From Trueperaceae bacterium (GTDB lineage: Bacteria; Deinococcota; Deinococci; Deinococcales; Trueperaceae), in contig OZ243913.1 of assembly GCA_965213705.1 (NCBI GenBank), positions 1,504,001-1,568,000 on the forward strand: a stretch of 64,000 nucleotides of DNA, given 5' to 3'. Below the pieces are notes generated by a model that worked only from the letters and a program-made list of their open reading frames with translations, did no database searches and was not told the origin of the DNA. A program made the translations under genes and the position numbers. Below, one piece after another: positions 22,820 through 31,585 of this stretch. Within the stretch, counting starts at the first letter, position 1. Every line of letters starts with the position of its first letter.

Positions 22820-24103
22820 GTGGGGCGTGCTACGGTCAACCTACCAGCTGTGCCACAGTTGGTGCTTGTCACCCGTTTGGAACCGAACCTAGACAGTACA
22901 CGACCCTGTCCGCTTCCACGCCCGTGTATGGCAGAAGGGACAGACGTGACCGCTGTCGTCGCAACGCCCACCGACACGCTCGCCGTCAATGCAATGTCTA
23001 AGGACAAAATCACCACCTGGGGCGCGACCCGCAGCCAGTTAGAAGCTATTCTCGAGGGCATGGCGGAAGGCTTGCTCGTCTTAGAGCCCGTCTCCGGCGA
23101 CATGTTGTACTTAAACGAGGCGGCTAGAAAGCTGCTCGGTTTCAGCCACGACCAAGACGTCAACTACCCTGCCGCCTGGTACGCCGAGCGGTTTTTACTG
23201 CACCGTCCGGACGGCCGCGAGGTCACGCCGGACGAGCGCCCGACCAGCAGGATAAGGCGCGGCGAGACGTTCACCGGGCTGAGGCTGCAGGTGACGCGCC
23301 CGGACAACGGCCCGGGCAAGGACTCGCAACCGGTGCCGCCCTGGATGGGCAGCTTCAGCGGCACGCTCGTCAAGGATTCCATCGTGTTGGGCGTCGTCAC
23401 GCTGCAAGACGTGACGCTGCAGCTCGAGGCCGAAGCGGGTTTCTGCACCATCTTTCACGCCAGCCCCACGCCGACGAGCATTATCAGGGTGTCCGACGGT
23501 GTGTTCGTCGACACAAACGCGAGCTTTAGCGAGTTGACCGGCTACGGGCGGGACGAACTTCTGGGGCGCTTGCCCGCCGACTTCAACCTGCACGTCGAAA
23601 CCGAAAAGCGCAACCTGGTGCTGCGGCGCGGCCAGGAGCGGGGCAGCTTGCCGCCCCTCGAGCGCGATTTGCGCCGCAAAGACGGTACGCACCTCCGGGT
23701 CGAGACGTCAGGCGAAGTTATCACCATCGGCGGCGAGCCGCACCTGCTCGACACCTTCATCGACGTTACCGAACAGCGCCGCACCGAAGAAGAACTGCTC
23801 CAGGCCATCGAAGAAGTGATGCGCGACACGAGCTGGTTCAGCCGCAGCGTGGTCGAAAAGCTCGCCAACCTGAAAGCTCGAGCGCAAGAGCACGATTCCG
23901 TCGAGGTGCAAGAACTCACCCGGCGCGAACGGCAAGTGCTCGGCGCGCTGGCCCAAGGCCTCAACAACGACCAAATCGCCGAGAGTTTGGGCATCAGCAA
24001 GAACACGGTGCGCAACTACGTCGCGGGCGTGTACGGCAAACTCGGCGTGTCCTCCCGCGCCGAGGCGGTGGTGTGGGCGCGCGAGCGGGGCATCGTGAAT
24101 TAG
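22820..24103 (+). CDS. PAS-domain LuxR-family transcriptional regulator (true start probably 22928 or 22994)
   Basis: Two PAS-like segments (N..F.ELTGY.RDELLG) and C-terminal LTRRERQVL..LAQG..N.QIA..LGIS.NTVRNY. Confidence 0.85.
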   Translation: MGRATVNLPAVPQLVLVTRLEPNLDSTRPCPLPRPCMAEGTDVTAVVATPTDTLAVNAMSKDKITTWGATRSQLEAILEGMAEGLLVLEPVSGDMLYLNEAARKLLGFSHDQDVNYPAAWYAERFLLHRPDGREVTPDERPTSRIRRGETFTGLRLQVTRPDNGPGKDSQPVPPWMGSFSGTLVKDSIVLGVVTLQDVTLQLEAEAGFCTIFHASPTPTSIIRVSDGVFVDTNASFSELTGYGRDELLGRLPADFNLHVETEKRNLVLRRGQERGSLPPLERDLRRKDGTHLRVETSGEVITIGGEPHLLDTFIDVTEQRRTEEELLQAIEEVMRDTSWFSRSVVEKLANLKARAQEHDSVEVQELTRRERQVLGALAQGLNNDQIAESLGISKNTVRNYVAGVYGKLGVSSRAEAVVWARERGIVN

Positions 24104-24490
24104 TGCAGGTGTAACGCTTTTACCAGGACACTGAACACTACCCCCCCCCCCCATCCCATGCTCTAATACTTCAAGCGGACGAACCGTCCGCGCTTCGGGG
24201 GGAGCAGTACCTGCAGCTTATTTGCTTCGGCAACACTGCAGGTATTTTTTTCTCGACTTTCGGTTAGGGGGCAGTGTGACAAAAGGCAGCGTGACAGAGG
24301 ACTGCAGGGTAAAGGCCTGCAGGGTAGGGGGCGGTATGAACGGCGTTGGTCTCAGCAAATTTTATAGTGGGCGCTCACCAGTTTTGCGCCCACGTTTCAA
24401 GAACCGGAGCGGTTTCAGGGTCTCGAGTTTGGAGGAGCGAGTGGCTGCGCCCTGGTATCCCACGGTGCGCCGCGAAAGCGGGAAACGCCT

Positions 24491-25405
24491 GTGAACGCCG
24501 TGTTCGACGGTGTCAACGCGGGCCGAAGGGCCGAGGCGGCCGTCCCCGACTTTGTCCCCGATTTTTTAGCCGCGTTGGCCGACCGCGTGGTGATGCTCGA
24601 CGCGGTGGGCCGCGTGACCGCTTTGAGCGAAGCGCCCACCGCGGCCACGCCGACGATGGCCTCACAGACGCTGCTGCGGCCGGGTATGGGTTACGTGGCG
24701 CTGTGCCGCCGCGCCGAAACCGCGGGCCTGGCGGCCGCCGGAGCGGTGGCCGACGCCGTGACGGCGCTGCTGTGGGGCACGAGGCCGGACGTGCAGCTAG
24801 AGCTGCAGCACCCCGCGCGCTGTCTCGAGGTGCAGGCGACGTCCCTGCAAACCGGTCCCGGCGCGGTACTGGTTCACCGCGACATGACCGCGGCCTCGGT
24901 GCGGCTGCGTGAACTGCGCGACCTCGCCTACTCGGACACCCTGACCGGTCTGCACAACCGCCACTACTTTTTTCAAAAGGCCGGGACGCACCTGCAGGGC
25001 GCGCGGCAGGACGGGTGCGGGGTAGCCCTCGTGTACCTCGACTTAAACGGCTTCAAGCTCGTCAACGACACCTACGGCCACGCGGTCGGGGACGAAGTGC
25101 TCGCAATCATGGGCGCGCGGTTGCGGGGGTTGCTGCGTTCGGGCGACCTGCTGGCGCGCTTGGGCGGTGACGAGTTCGCTTTTTTGGTGCGGGTAGAGGA
25201 CGTGCGGGCGGTGGAAAGGTTGACCGAGCGCATTCGCCGCACCCTGCGGCAGCCGGTGGCGCTGAACGGTGCCGAGTTGCACTTGTCGGTGAGCGTCGGG
25301 ACGGCGCTGGCCCCGGAGTCGGGCGACGCGGGCCCGGACGACGTCGCGGCGCTGCTCGAGACAGCCGACCGCGCCATGTACGCGGCCAAACGGCGGCGAG
25401 CTTGA
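24491..25405 (+). CDS. Diguanylate cyclase (GGDEF)
   Basis: DTLTGLHNR, DLNGFK.VNDTYGH.VGD, RSGD I-site and GGDEF, AD.AMYAAK. Confidence 0.9.
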   Translation: MNAVFDGVNAGRRAEAAVPDFVPDFLAALADRVVMLDAVGRVTALSEAPTAATPTMASQTLLRPGMGYVALCRRAETAGLAAAGAVADAVTALLWGTRPDVQLELQHPARCLEVQATSLQTGPGAVLVHRDMTAASVRLRELRDLAYSDTLTGLHNRHYFFQKAGTHLQGARQDGCGVALVYLDLNGFKLVNDTYGHAVGDEVLAIMGARLRGLLRSGDLLARLGGDEFAFLVRVEDVRAVERLTERIRRTLRQPVALNGAELHLSVSVGTALAPESGDAGPDDVAALLETADRAMYAAKRRRA

Positions 25406-25557
25406 GGGCTGGGGCGGCCCTCAAGCTCGCCGCCGTTTGCCTCAAACGTTTGTCTTGCACCTGTTAAAGACGGGGGCGGCCTCCTTCTAAGACAAGGGTG
25501 GCCCCGCGGGCAAAGCTTTCGCGGACACCGCGGTCTTTTGACGCGGGCTCGAGCGCC

Positions 25558-25616
25558 CAACTCTTTCAACTGCAACTCTTTCAACTACAGCTCTTTCGGC
25601 CTCGACTCTTCCAGCC
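25558..25616 (+). repeat. Degenerate 15-bp tandem repeat x4
   Basis: caactctttcaactg caactctttcaacta cagctctttcggcct cgactcttccagcc. Confidence 0.75.
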
Positions 25617-25753
25617 CAACGCGCCGACAAGTTTGTTATAGTCCTGACTTACTACCGTGTCAAAAAAGACACACCGGTAACGTAAACCACAGAACTGCGC
25701 GCGACCGCCTCGGGGTGTTCGCGCTGAGGCTTGACGTGCTGGAGGAGGCTTAA

Positions 25754-26563
25754 GTGGACGCTAAAGCAATCGTGGTGACCTCGGGCAAGGGGGGCGTCGG
25801 CAAGACGACGACGACCGCCAACGTGGGCGCGGCCCTGGCCCAGAGTGGGGAAAAAGTCGTCGTCATCGACACCGACGTGGGCCTGCGCAACTTAGACACC
25901 GTTATGGGCCTGGAAGGCCGGGTCGTCTTCGACCTCATCGACGTGTTCGAGGGCCGCTGCAAGCTCAAGCAAGCCCTCATCCGCGACAAACGCGTGGACT
26001 CGCTCTACTTGCTGGCCGCGTCGCAAACCAAAGACAAGAGTTCGCTGAGCGAGGAGCGGATGCGCGAAACGGTTGCCGCGCTGCTCGACGAAGAGGCGTT
26101 CGACCGCGTCATCATCGACTCGCCCGCGGGCATCGAATCGGGTTTTCAAACCGCCGCCTGCGCCGCCGACGGCGCGCTCGTGGTGGTCAACCCGGAGGTG
26201 TCTTCGGTGCGCGACGCCGACCGGATTATCGGCCTGTTGGAGTCAACAGGCATCACCGAGGTCAAACTCATCATCAACCGCTTGCGCCCGGCGATGGTCA
26301 AGCGCGGCGACATGCTGGAGGTCAACGACGTGCTCGAGATTTTAGGCGTCAAACTCATCGGCATCGTGCCCGAGGACGAGAAAATCCTGATTTCGACCAA
26401 CATCGGCAACCCGGCGAGTCTCGACGACAGCACCAAAATCGGTGCGGGCACCGCGTTCCGGGACATCGCGCGGCGCATCCGCGGTGAGGACGTGCCCTAC
26501 CCGAACATGGACGCGCCCGGCGGTTTTCTGGCGGCGCTGCGCCGTCTGCTGGGGGTCGGCTGA
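25754..26563 (+). CDS. minD: Septum site-determining ATPase MinD
   Basis: TSGKGGVGKTT, GLRNLD, DSPAGIE, PEVSSVRDADR, C-terminal amphipathic helix. Confidence 0.97.
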   Translation: MDAKAIVVTSGKGGVGKTTTTANVGAALAQSGEKVVVIDTDVGLRNLDTVMGLEGRVVFDLIDVFEGRCKLKQALIRDKRVDSLYLLAASQTKDKSSLSEERMRETVAALLDEEAFDRVIIDSPAGIESGFQTAACAADGALVVVNPEVSSVRDADRIIGLLESTGITEVKLIINRLRPAMVKRGDMLEVNDVLEILGVKLIGIVPEDEKILISTNIGNPASLDDSTKIGAGTAFRDIARRIRGEDVPYPNMDAPGGFLAALRRLLGVG

Positions 26564-26805
26564 TGTTCGGCGGTTTGTTCGGGCGCAAGCGCAGCAAGGA
26601 CCAGCTCAAAGAGCGCCTCAAGCTCGTGCTGTCTTACGACCGCGCCGGGCTCACCCCCGGCAAGATGGAAGAACTCAAGACCGAACTTTTAGAAGTCATC
26701 GGCAAGTATTTTCCCTCGGAGAAAAACGACTACGACGTGACGCTCGAGCAGCAGGGCGACCGCATGGTTTTCGTCGCGAACTTGCCGGTGCGGCCGGAGG
26801 TTTAG
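26563..26805 (+). CDS. minE: Cell division topological specificity factor MinE
   Basis: KERLKLVL..DR, ELLEVI.KY, ANLPV; overlaps the minD stop. Confidence 0.95.
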   Translation: MFGGLFGRKRSKDQLKERLKLVLSYDRAGLTPGKMEELKTELLEVIGKYFPSEKNDYDVTLEQQGDRMVFVANLPVRPEV

Positions 26806-26938
26806 GGGCGGGGGAGGCTAAGTCTTGTCGTCAGTGGCGTTCGCAACCACTGACGACTGAATTCTGACGATTCTCCAAATGAGAGCACCCGAACTCGTTT
26901 GCATAACGACTGGAGCTAACTAAGGTAGACTGTTCGCT

Positions 26939-27364
26939 ATGGTCAAGGCCACGCTCGAGGACATCGCCGTCGCTAGCGACGGCAGCTATTTTCTGATGCT
27001 GTTGGGTACGGGGGACGGGGACATCGTGCCTATTTCCATCGACCCGCTGCAGGCGCAGTCTATCGTCATCGGCCAAGCCCACGAAAAGTTCGAACGGCCC
27101 CTCACGCACGACCTGCTGTTGTCGGTCATCGAAATGCTCAACGCCACGCTCAAACGCATCGAAATTACCAGTCTGCAAGACGGCGTTTACTATTCGCGGC
27201 TGGTGCTCGAGGCCAAGGGCATCGAATACGACATCGACGCGCGCCCGAGCGACGCGATGGCCCTGGCGGTGCGCAGCGACGTGGAGTTGTTTATCGCCGA
27301 AGAGGTCATCGAGCAGGTCGGCATGACGGACGACTTCGGCGGCTCGGGCGGGGTGGAGGCTTGA
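26939..27364 (+). CDS. Bifunctional nuclease family (DUF151)
   Basis: RPLTHDL, IDARPSDA.ALA. Confidence 0.9.
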   Translation: MVKATLEDIAVASDGSYFLMLLGTGDGDIVPISIDPLQAQSIVIGQAHEKFERPLTHDLLLSVIEMLNATLKRIEITSLQDGVYYSRLVLEAKGIEYDIDARPSDAMALAVRSDVELFIAEEVIEQVGMTDDFGGSGGVEA

Positions 27365-27454
27365 GCCTCGAGCAGGGGAGTCACAGACTTTTTTCTTTGT
27401 TCCTCGGCTCACGTTTTTACATAATCACCGGACGGACCGAGACGCCGTCTCCTC

Positions 27455-28135
27455 TTATAACGAGTACCCGCCCCGCTCGTCGTCACGAACGATCTGGCCG
27501 TTGCGCAGGACAATCGTGCGCCGCCGCAAGCTGTCGACGAGGTCGCGCGAGTGCGTGGCGACGACGATGGTCGTGCCGCGGATGTTCAGGTCGTTCAAGA
27601 GTTCGACGATTTCCCAACTCGTGTCGGGGTCTAGGTTGCCGGTGGGTTCGTCGCAGAGCAGCAGCGGCGCGTTGGTGACGAGCGCCCGCGCAATCGCCAC
27701 CCGCTGCTGCTCGCCGAGACTGAGTTCGATAGGTTTCGCCTTGCGCTTGTGCGCCAGCCCGACCTGACGCAAAGCCAGCGTCGCGCGCTGTTCAAAGTTG
27801 CCGCGCTCGCCCGTGGCCCGCAACGCGAACACGAGGTTGTCGACCGCGCTCAGGTCGCCCAAGAGCCGGTGGTCTTGAAACACCATGCCGATTTTGCGGC
27901 GCAACAGCGGCAGCTTGCTCTCGCGCACCTTGCTGATGTCTTGGCCTATCAGGTAAACGCTGCCCTCGGTCGGCGTAATCCGGCGCAAGATTAAGGACAA
28001 CAGCGTCGACTTGCCCGCGCCCGAGTGCCCGGTGATGTAGACGAACTCGCCCTTGTGGATGCGAAAGTCCACCGCTTTAAGCGCGTGGGTGTGCGTGCTG
28101 GGGTAGGTTTTGGTCACGTTTTGAAACTGAATCAC
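27455..28135 (-). CDS. ftsE: Cell division ABC ATPase FtsE
   Basis: GHSGAGKST, LRRKIGMVFQD.RLL, LSLGEQQRVAIARA, DEPTGNLDP; GTG start 28135 after TACGAT. Confidence 0.85.
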   Translation of the reverse strand: MIQFQNVTKTYPSTHTHALKAVDFRIHKGEFVYITGHSGAGKSTLLSLILRRITPTEGSVYLIGQDISKVRESKLPLLRRKIGMVFQDHRLLGDLSAVDNLVFALRATGERGNFEQRATLALRQVGLAHKRKAKPIELSLGEQQRVAIARALVTNAPLLLCDEPTGNLDPDTSWEIVELLNDLNIRGTTIVVATHSRDLVDSLRRRTIVLRNGQIVRDDERGGYSL

Positions 28136-28218
28136 CTGCTTATCGTACCCGCCTGCGGCGGCGGGGGCAAGCTTGCGTACCTCGTTGCGCACCTCGGCTT
28201 TGCGCGTCTCGAGGGCGC

Positions 28219-28248
28219 TTGACAAAGCCGAGCGCAAAAGCGTTTAAT
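28219..28248 (+). promoter_or_regulatory. Sigma-A promoter for tRNA-Val
   Basis: TTGACA-18-TTTAAT about 45 bp upstream of the tRNA. Confidence 0.55.
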
Positions 28249-28291
28249 GGATTTTCGAAGTGTTGGGCACAGAGCCTGACGCGACGTTTTC

Positions 28292-28366
28292 AGGCGCGTA
28301 GCTCAGCGGGAGAGCACCACACTGACACTGTGGGGGTCGGCAGTTCAATCCTGCCCGCGCCTACCA
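28292..28366 (+). tRNA. tRNA-Val(GAC)
   Basis: Acceptor AGGCGCG/CGCGCCT-A-CCA, D-arm GCTC/GAGC, anticodon arm CCACA-CTGACAC-TGTGG, T-loop GTTCAATC. Confidence 0.95.
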
Positions 28367-28369
28367 AAA
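28319..28369 (+). repeat. attL core (51 bp)
   Basis: ACACTGACACTGTGGGGGTCGGCAGTTCAATCCTGCCCGCGCCTACCAAAA, repeated at 37372. Confidence 0.93.
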
Positions 28370-28394
28370 GAAAAGCCGTGAGGGACGCAAAAAG

Positions 28395-28428
28395 AGTGAC
28401 CCGGTTCAACACCGGGTCACTTGCTTTT
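28395..28428 (+). terminator. Terminator hairpin between tRNA and convergent integrase
   Basis: AGTGACCCGGT-TCAAC-ACCGGGTCACT flanked by A- and T-rich tracts. Confidence 0.75.
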
Positions 28429-28464
28429 AAGTTGCTTTGCACCTTATTTGCACCTACAGGATTT

Positions 28465-29619
28465 TCAATTTGCCGTGCTTGGGGCGACCTTGGGTAAGAA
28501 GTCGAGAAGGGACACGGCGCTCTTTGCCCGCTGGGACTCAAACAGGTGGGTATAGCGGTCTAGGGTAAACGAGGCTCGAGCATGGCCGAGCCGGTCGGCT
28601 AGCACCTTGGCGTCCATACCGCCCCGGATAGCGAGCGAGGCGTGCAGGTGCCGGAGGTCGTGTAAGCGGACGCGGGGCACGTCGGCTTTATCCATAAGGG
28701 CGTACCGGACACGCTTCAGGTTGCTGGGATTTAAGGGTGTCCCGACTTCAGAAGTAAAGACCAATTCCGGGTGCTGCCACACGCCGCCGAACACAGCCCG
28801 CTCTGCCTCTTGGCGCTGACGGTGCAAGAACAGCACCTCGAGCACATCCGGTGAGAGGGCAACCGTCCTAAAGCCCTTGCGTGTCTTTGGCGTCGACAGG
28901 ACGAGCTGATTCCCAACCTTCACGAACGCCTGTTTGACATGTAGCAGATTTCCCTCAACATCGACCCAGCGCAACCCTAGCAACTCACCCCGGCGTAGGC
29001 CGGTCGACATGCTCAGGTAGAAAAAAGCGTAGAGCCTGTGTTCTCTAGCAGCGTCGAGAAAGCGTGCGGCTTGCTCAGGCTCCCACAAGGTCATCTCACG
29101 CGGCGTTTCCGGCACCGGGTCGGTTGCCTCTACGGGATTGCGCATTACGAGCTGCCAGCGCACGGCCTGTTTGTAAGCACCGTAAAGGAGCGTGCGGCAT
29201 TTTGAGGCCCGCGCTGCGCCCGAGGCGTCCCGTATTTCCCCTATTAGCGTCTGCACTTGCATAGGCGTGAGTTTATCGAGGCGAACGCGCCCAACACGGG
29301 GAATGATGCAGCGTTCTATACAAATTTCATACTCTTCAAATGTCGAAGGCTTTACGTCTCGTTCTTTATCACTAAGCCAGCGCTCGAGGTACTGTGCGAC
29401 CGTCAGTTTGCTTTCTGAGAAAGTCCCGGCGGTGAGTTGCTGTTTTATCTCAGCAATTTTCGTAAGCGTTTCCGCTTGCGTTTTACCCGATACCCACTTG
29501 AACCGTTGTTTACCCGCGTCGTCATAGCCCACTGTGACCTTGCCCCGCCACGTACCATTAGCCTGTTCAAATACTGAGCCCTCACCCTTGCCACGTCTTG
29601 TGCTGCGTCGTCTCGCCAT
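28465..29619 (-). CDS. int: Tyrosine recombinase/integrase
   Basis: RRGKGEGSV arm-binding N-terminus, TGLRRGELLGLRW, PKT, HDLRHLHAS, RLGH, catalytic Y (DRYTH). Confidence 0.95.
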   Translation of the reverse strand: MARRRSTRRGKGEGSVFEQANGTWRGKVTVGYDDAGKQRFKWVSGKTQAETLTKIAEIKQQLTAGTFSESKLTVAQYLERWLSDKERDVKPSTFEEYEICIERCIIPRVGRVRLDKLTPMQVQTLIGEIRDASGAARASKCRTLLYGAYKQAVRWQLVMRNPVEATDPVPETPREMTLWEPEQAARFLDAAREHRLYAFFYLSMSTGLRRGELLGLRWVDVEGNLLHVKQAFVKVGNQLVLSTPKTRKGFRTVALSPDVLEVLFLHRQRQEAERAVFGGVWQHPELVFTSEVGTPLNPSNLKRVRYALMDKADVPRVRLHDLRHLHASLAIRGGMDAKVLADRLGHARASFTLDRYTHLFESQRAKSAVSLLDFLPKVAPSTAN

Positions 29620-29621
29620 GT

Positions 29622-29897
29622 TTACGCTTCCCCTCTGTACTCGAGCAAGTCGCTAAGCGTAATCGTCTTTCCGGTTTCCTCTCTAAGCACCTCAATAATG
29701 CCCATGAGTAAGGCAACGTCTAAGGTGTCGGGAAGTTCGTTCGACCACCTGTAAACGGTCGTGCGAGACGTGCCCAACATCTCATAAAGGCGCTGATGCA
29801 AGCGGTAGGGCGTGACCGCCTCACGCTTCAGCAGGTCGGGTAGTTTCCAAACGGCTTTGTCTTTCATCTCTTCTAGTGTAACGCTTGTTAGTACCAT
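29622..29897 (-). CDS. XRE/Cro-C1-type HTH repressor (start may be ATG 29867)
   Basis: WKL.DLLKRE.VTPYRL...SRTTVYRW...ITLSDLLEY; co-oriented upstream of int and divergent from a strong promoter. Confidence 0.7.
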   Translation of the reverse strand: MVLTSVTLEEMKDKAVWKLPDLLKREAVTPYRLHQRLYEMLGTSRTTVYRWSNELPDTLDVALLMGIIEVLREETGKTITLSDLLEYRGEA

Positions 29898-29936
29898 ACA
29901 CCTACTATATACAAGTTCTTAACACTTTACAAGCAC

Positions 29937-29966
29937 TTGACAACATTAACAAGCACGTGGTACTAT
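29937..29966 (+). promoter_or_regulatory. Strong sigma-A promoter with overlapping ACAAG repeats
   Basis: TTGACA-18-TACTAT; ACAAG at 29911, 29929, 29949 and inverted CTTGT at 29884. Confidence 0.7.
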
Positions 29967-30048
29967 AAGGACATCAGAAAAGGCGGCTATCCCGCTAAGA
30001 AACACCGCCTCTTCTGAAATTCAAAGTCCCCCATAGGAGGGAACCAAG

Positions 30049-30249
30049 ATGCAAGTTACCACGTTCGAAAAGTATTTAGCCGCCAGCAAGTTGCAAGACC
30101 AAGCCCGCCACACCATGAACCGGATAGAGGCGAAAGCAGACGAGGGCGTGCGTAAAGCTGAGAAGCTGCTTAACCGGGCATGGGAGCGCTACAACCGCCG
30201 CGCTGCTGTAACCTATGAAGCTGCATACCGCCACTGGGGAGACCTTTAA
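30049..30249 (+). CDS. Hypothetical protein (element)
   Basis: AGGAGG RBS; first gene after the promoter; coupled to the next ORF. Confidence 0.65.
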   Translation: MQVTTFEKYLAASKLQDQARHTMNRIEAKADEGVRKAEKLLNRAWERYNRRAAVTYEAAYRHWGDL

Positions 30250-30587
30250 TGGTCTCCCTCTCTACCATCCTTGAAGAGTTGGCTACCGGCGCACAGGCTT
30301 ACAGTGACAGGCTCGAGACCTACCACCAGGCGACCGCTAAACTCACCCTTGCCAAGCGCACCTTAGAGACCGCTAGAGGTACGCACCTGTTAAACGGGCT
30401 CGAGGGTAAGAATCAAGCCGAACGGGACGCCCGGCTCGAGTCCCTCATAGTTGAAGAGTTGGCGGCGGTCGAGTTCTTAGAAGACGAGCAAGCACAAGCC
30501 AAGTTGGGGCTCGAGCAAGCCAAACTGTCTTGGGACTTGGCACGCTACAAAGTCCGGGCGTTTGAAGCGTTGGGAGGGGCGGCGTGA
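30249..30587 (+). CDS. Hypothetical coiled-coil protein (element)
   Basis: Overlapping stop/start; helical heptad pattern, GKNQAERDA. Confidence 0.65.
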   Translation: MVSLSTILEELATGAQAYSDRLETYHQATAKLTLAKRTLETARGTHLLNGLEGKNQAERDARLESLIVEELAAVEFLEDEQAQAKLGLEQAKLSWDLARYKVRAFEALGGAA

Positions 30588-31015
30588 AAGCCGCTCCCTT
30601 ACCTCACTCGTTTGTCTTGGCAGACTTGTTTGACGTTTTGGCCCTCGAGCTTCTCATACCCGACCACGTGCTAGAGGATGAGCCGGGGCTCGAGCTTATG
30701 CCTTGTCCTGAGTGCGGCGGTGAGGGTTGGCTCGAGTGCTACGGGTCGGCGTGGGGCGGTGCTTGTGAAGCGTGGGGACGGCCTGACCTTGCTTTCAGCT
30801 ACAAACCTTGCTCACGCTGTCACGGTGAAGGTGAGGTGCTGACTCTAAGCGAGTCGGCACCCCACGCGCCCGCGTGTAAGCGCTGCTTAGACACAGGCTG
30901 GATAGACGCTACACCGACCGCCAAGACACGAGCGGCGGGCTTTCGCTACTTGTTAGGTCGGGGCGTTTGCCCCTGTGGGGCCTGGCGTCACGCGGCTGTA
31001 AACCGGGCGGCGTGA
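30584..31015 (+). CDS. Cys-rich zinc-finger protein (CxxCxGxG repeats)
   Basis: CPECGGEG, CSRCHGEG, CKRCLDTG, CPC; GTGA overlap. Confidence 0.6.
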   Translation: MKAAPLPHSFVLADLFDVLALELLIPDHVLEDEPGLELMPCPECGGEGWLECYGSAWGGACEAWGRPDLAFSYKPCSRCHGEGEVLTLSESAPHAPACKRCLDTGWIDATPTAKTRAAGFRYLLGRGVCPCGAWRHAAVNRAA

Positions 31016-31048
31016 GGTAGCAGTAAAGGCTCGAGGTTGCTCGAGCCT

Positions 31049-31450
31049 TTAATTATTGGTTAAATCTTCGTCTGAGGGGAATGAAATAATAACGTAACCT
31101 TCCAAGTAGTTAACCATCACGTTTTGACCATCTAAGAGAACAAAAAGACCCAAACCGTTTTCTGCATCAAGGGCACGCCAAGGCAACCCCAGCATCTCAG
31201 GATGGGGACGAAGGCCGAGAACTGCATAATTCTCTTTCACAGAAGTTATTATCTCGAGCTGGCTGGCGGGCGCGTCGAAGCAAAAAAACGTTTCTGAGTT
31301 GAACGGCTTTTCGGGATGGAGTTCCAAGCAACCAGGTTGGGCTTGTTCTGCAAAAAGTCCTCGTGCTATTTGTTCAGCTGTGAAGTTATTTTGAGCCAGC
31401 GCAAAAGCAACTGCACCCAGCACCAAACCTATTATCAGCATTTTTTTCAT
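31049..31450 (-). CDS. Hypothetical secreted protein (AT-rich cargo)
   Basis: MKKMLIIGLVLGAVAFALAQ signal peptide; two Cys. Confidence 0.65.
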   Translation of the reverse strand: MKKMLIIGLVLGAVAFALAQNNFTAEQIARGLFAEQAQPGCLELHPEKPFNSETFFCFDAPASQLEIITSVKENYAVLGLRPHPEMLGLPWRALDAENGLGLFVLLDGQNVMVNYLEGYVIISFPSDEDLTNN

Positions 31451-31484
31451 AGTGGCAACCTTAACATGCCACATTTTCTTTCTT

Positions 31485-31583
31485 CTTGTGTCATGGGGTC
31501 ACATCAGTTTCGCTTGTGTCATGAGGTATCAATTTAGTTGATAACCCATGAGCCTGGCAAAAATGTTGATAAGCCATGAGCCT
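31485..31583. repeat. Symmetric four-unit repeat site
   Basis: TCATGRGGT-type units at 31491 and 31519 (forward); TTGATAA.CCATGA at 31538 and 31566 (reverse); 28-bp spacing on each side. Confidence 0.75.
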
Positions 31584-31585
31584 TG

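Noticed and set aside
26905..26926. Third copy of the candidate LexA operator upstream of the DUF151 gene
   Set aside because: Only the TAAGGT half-site is present
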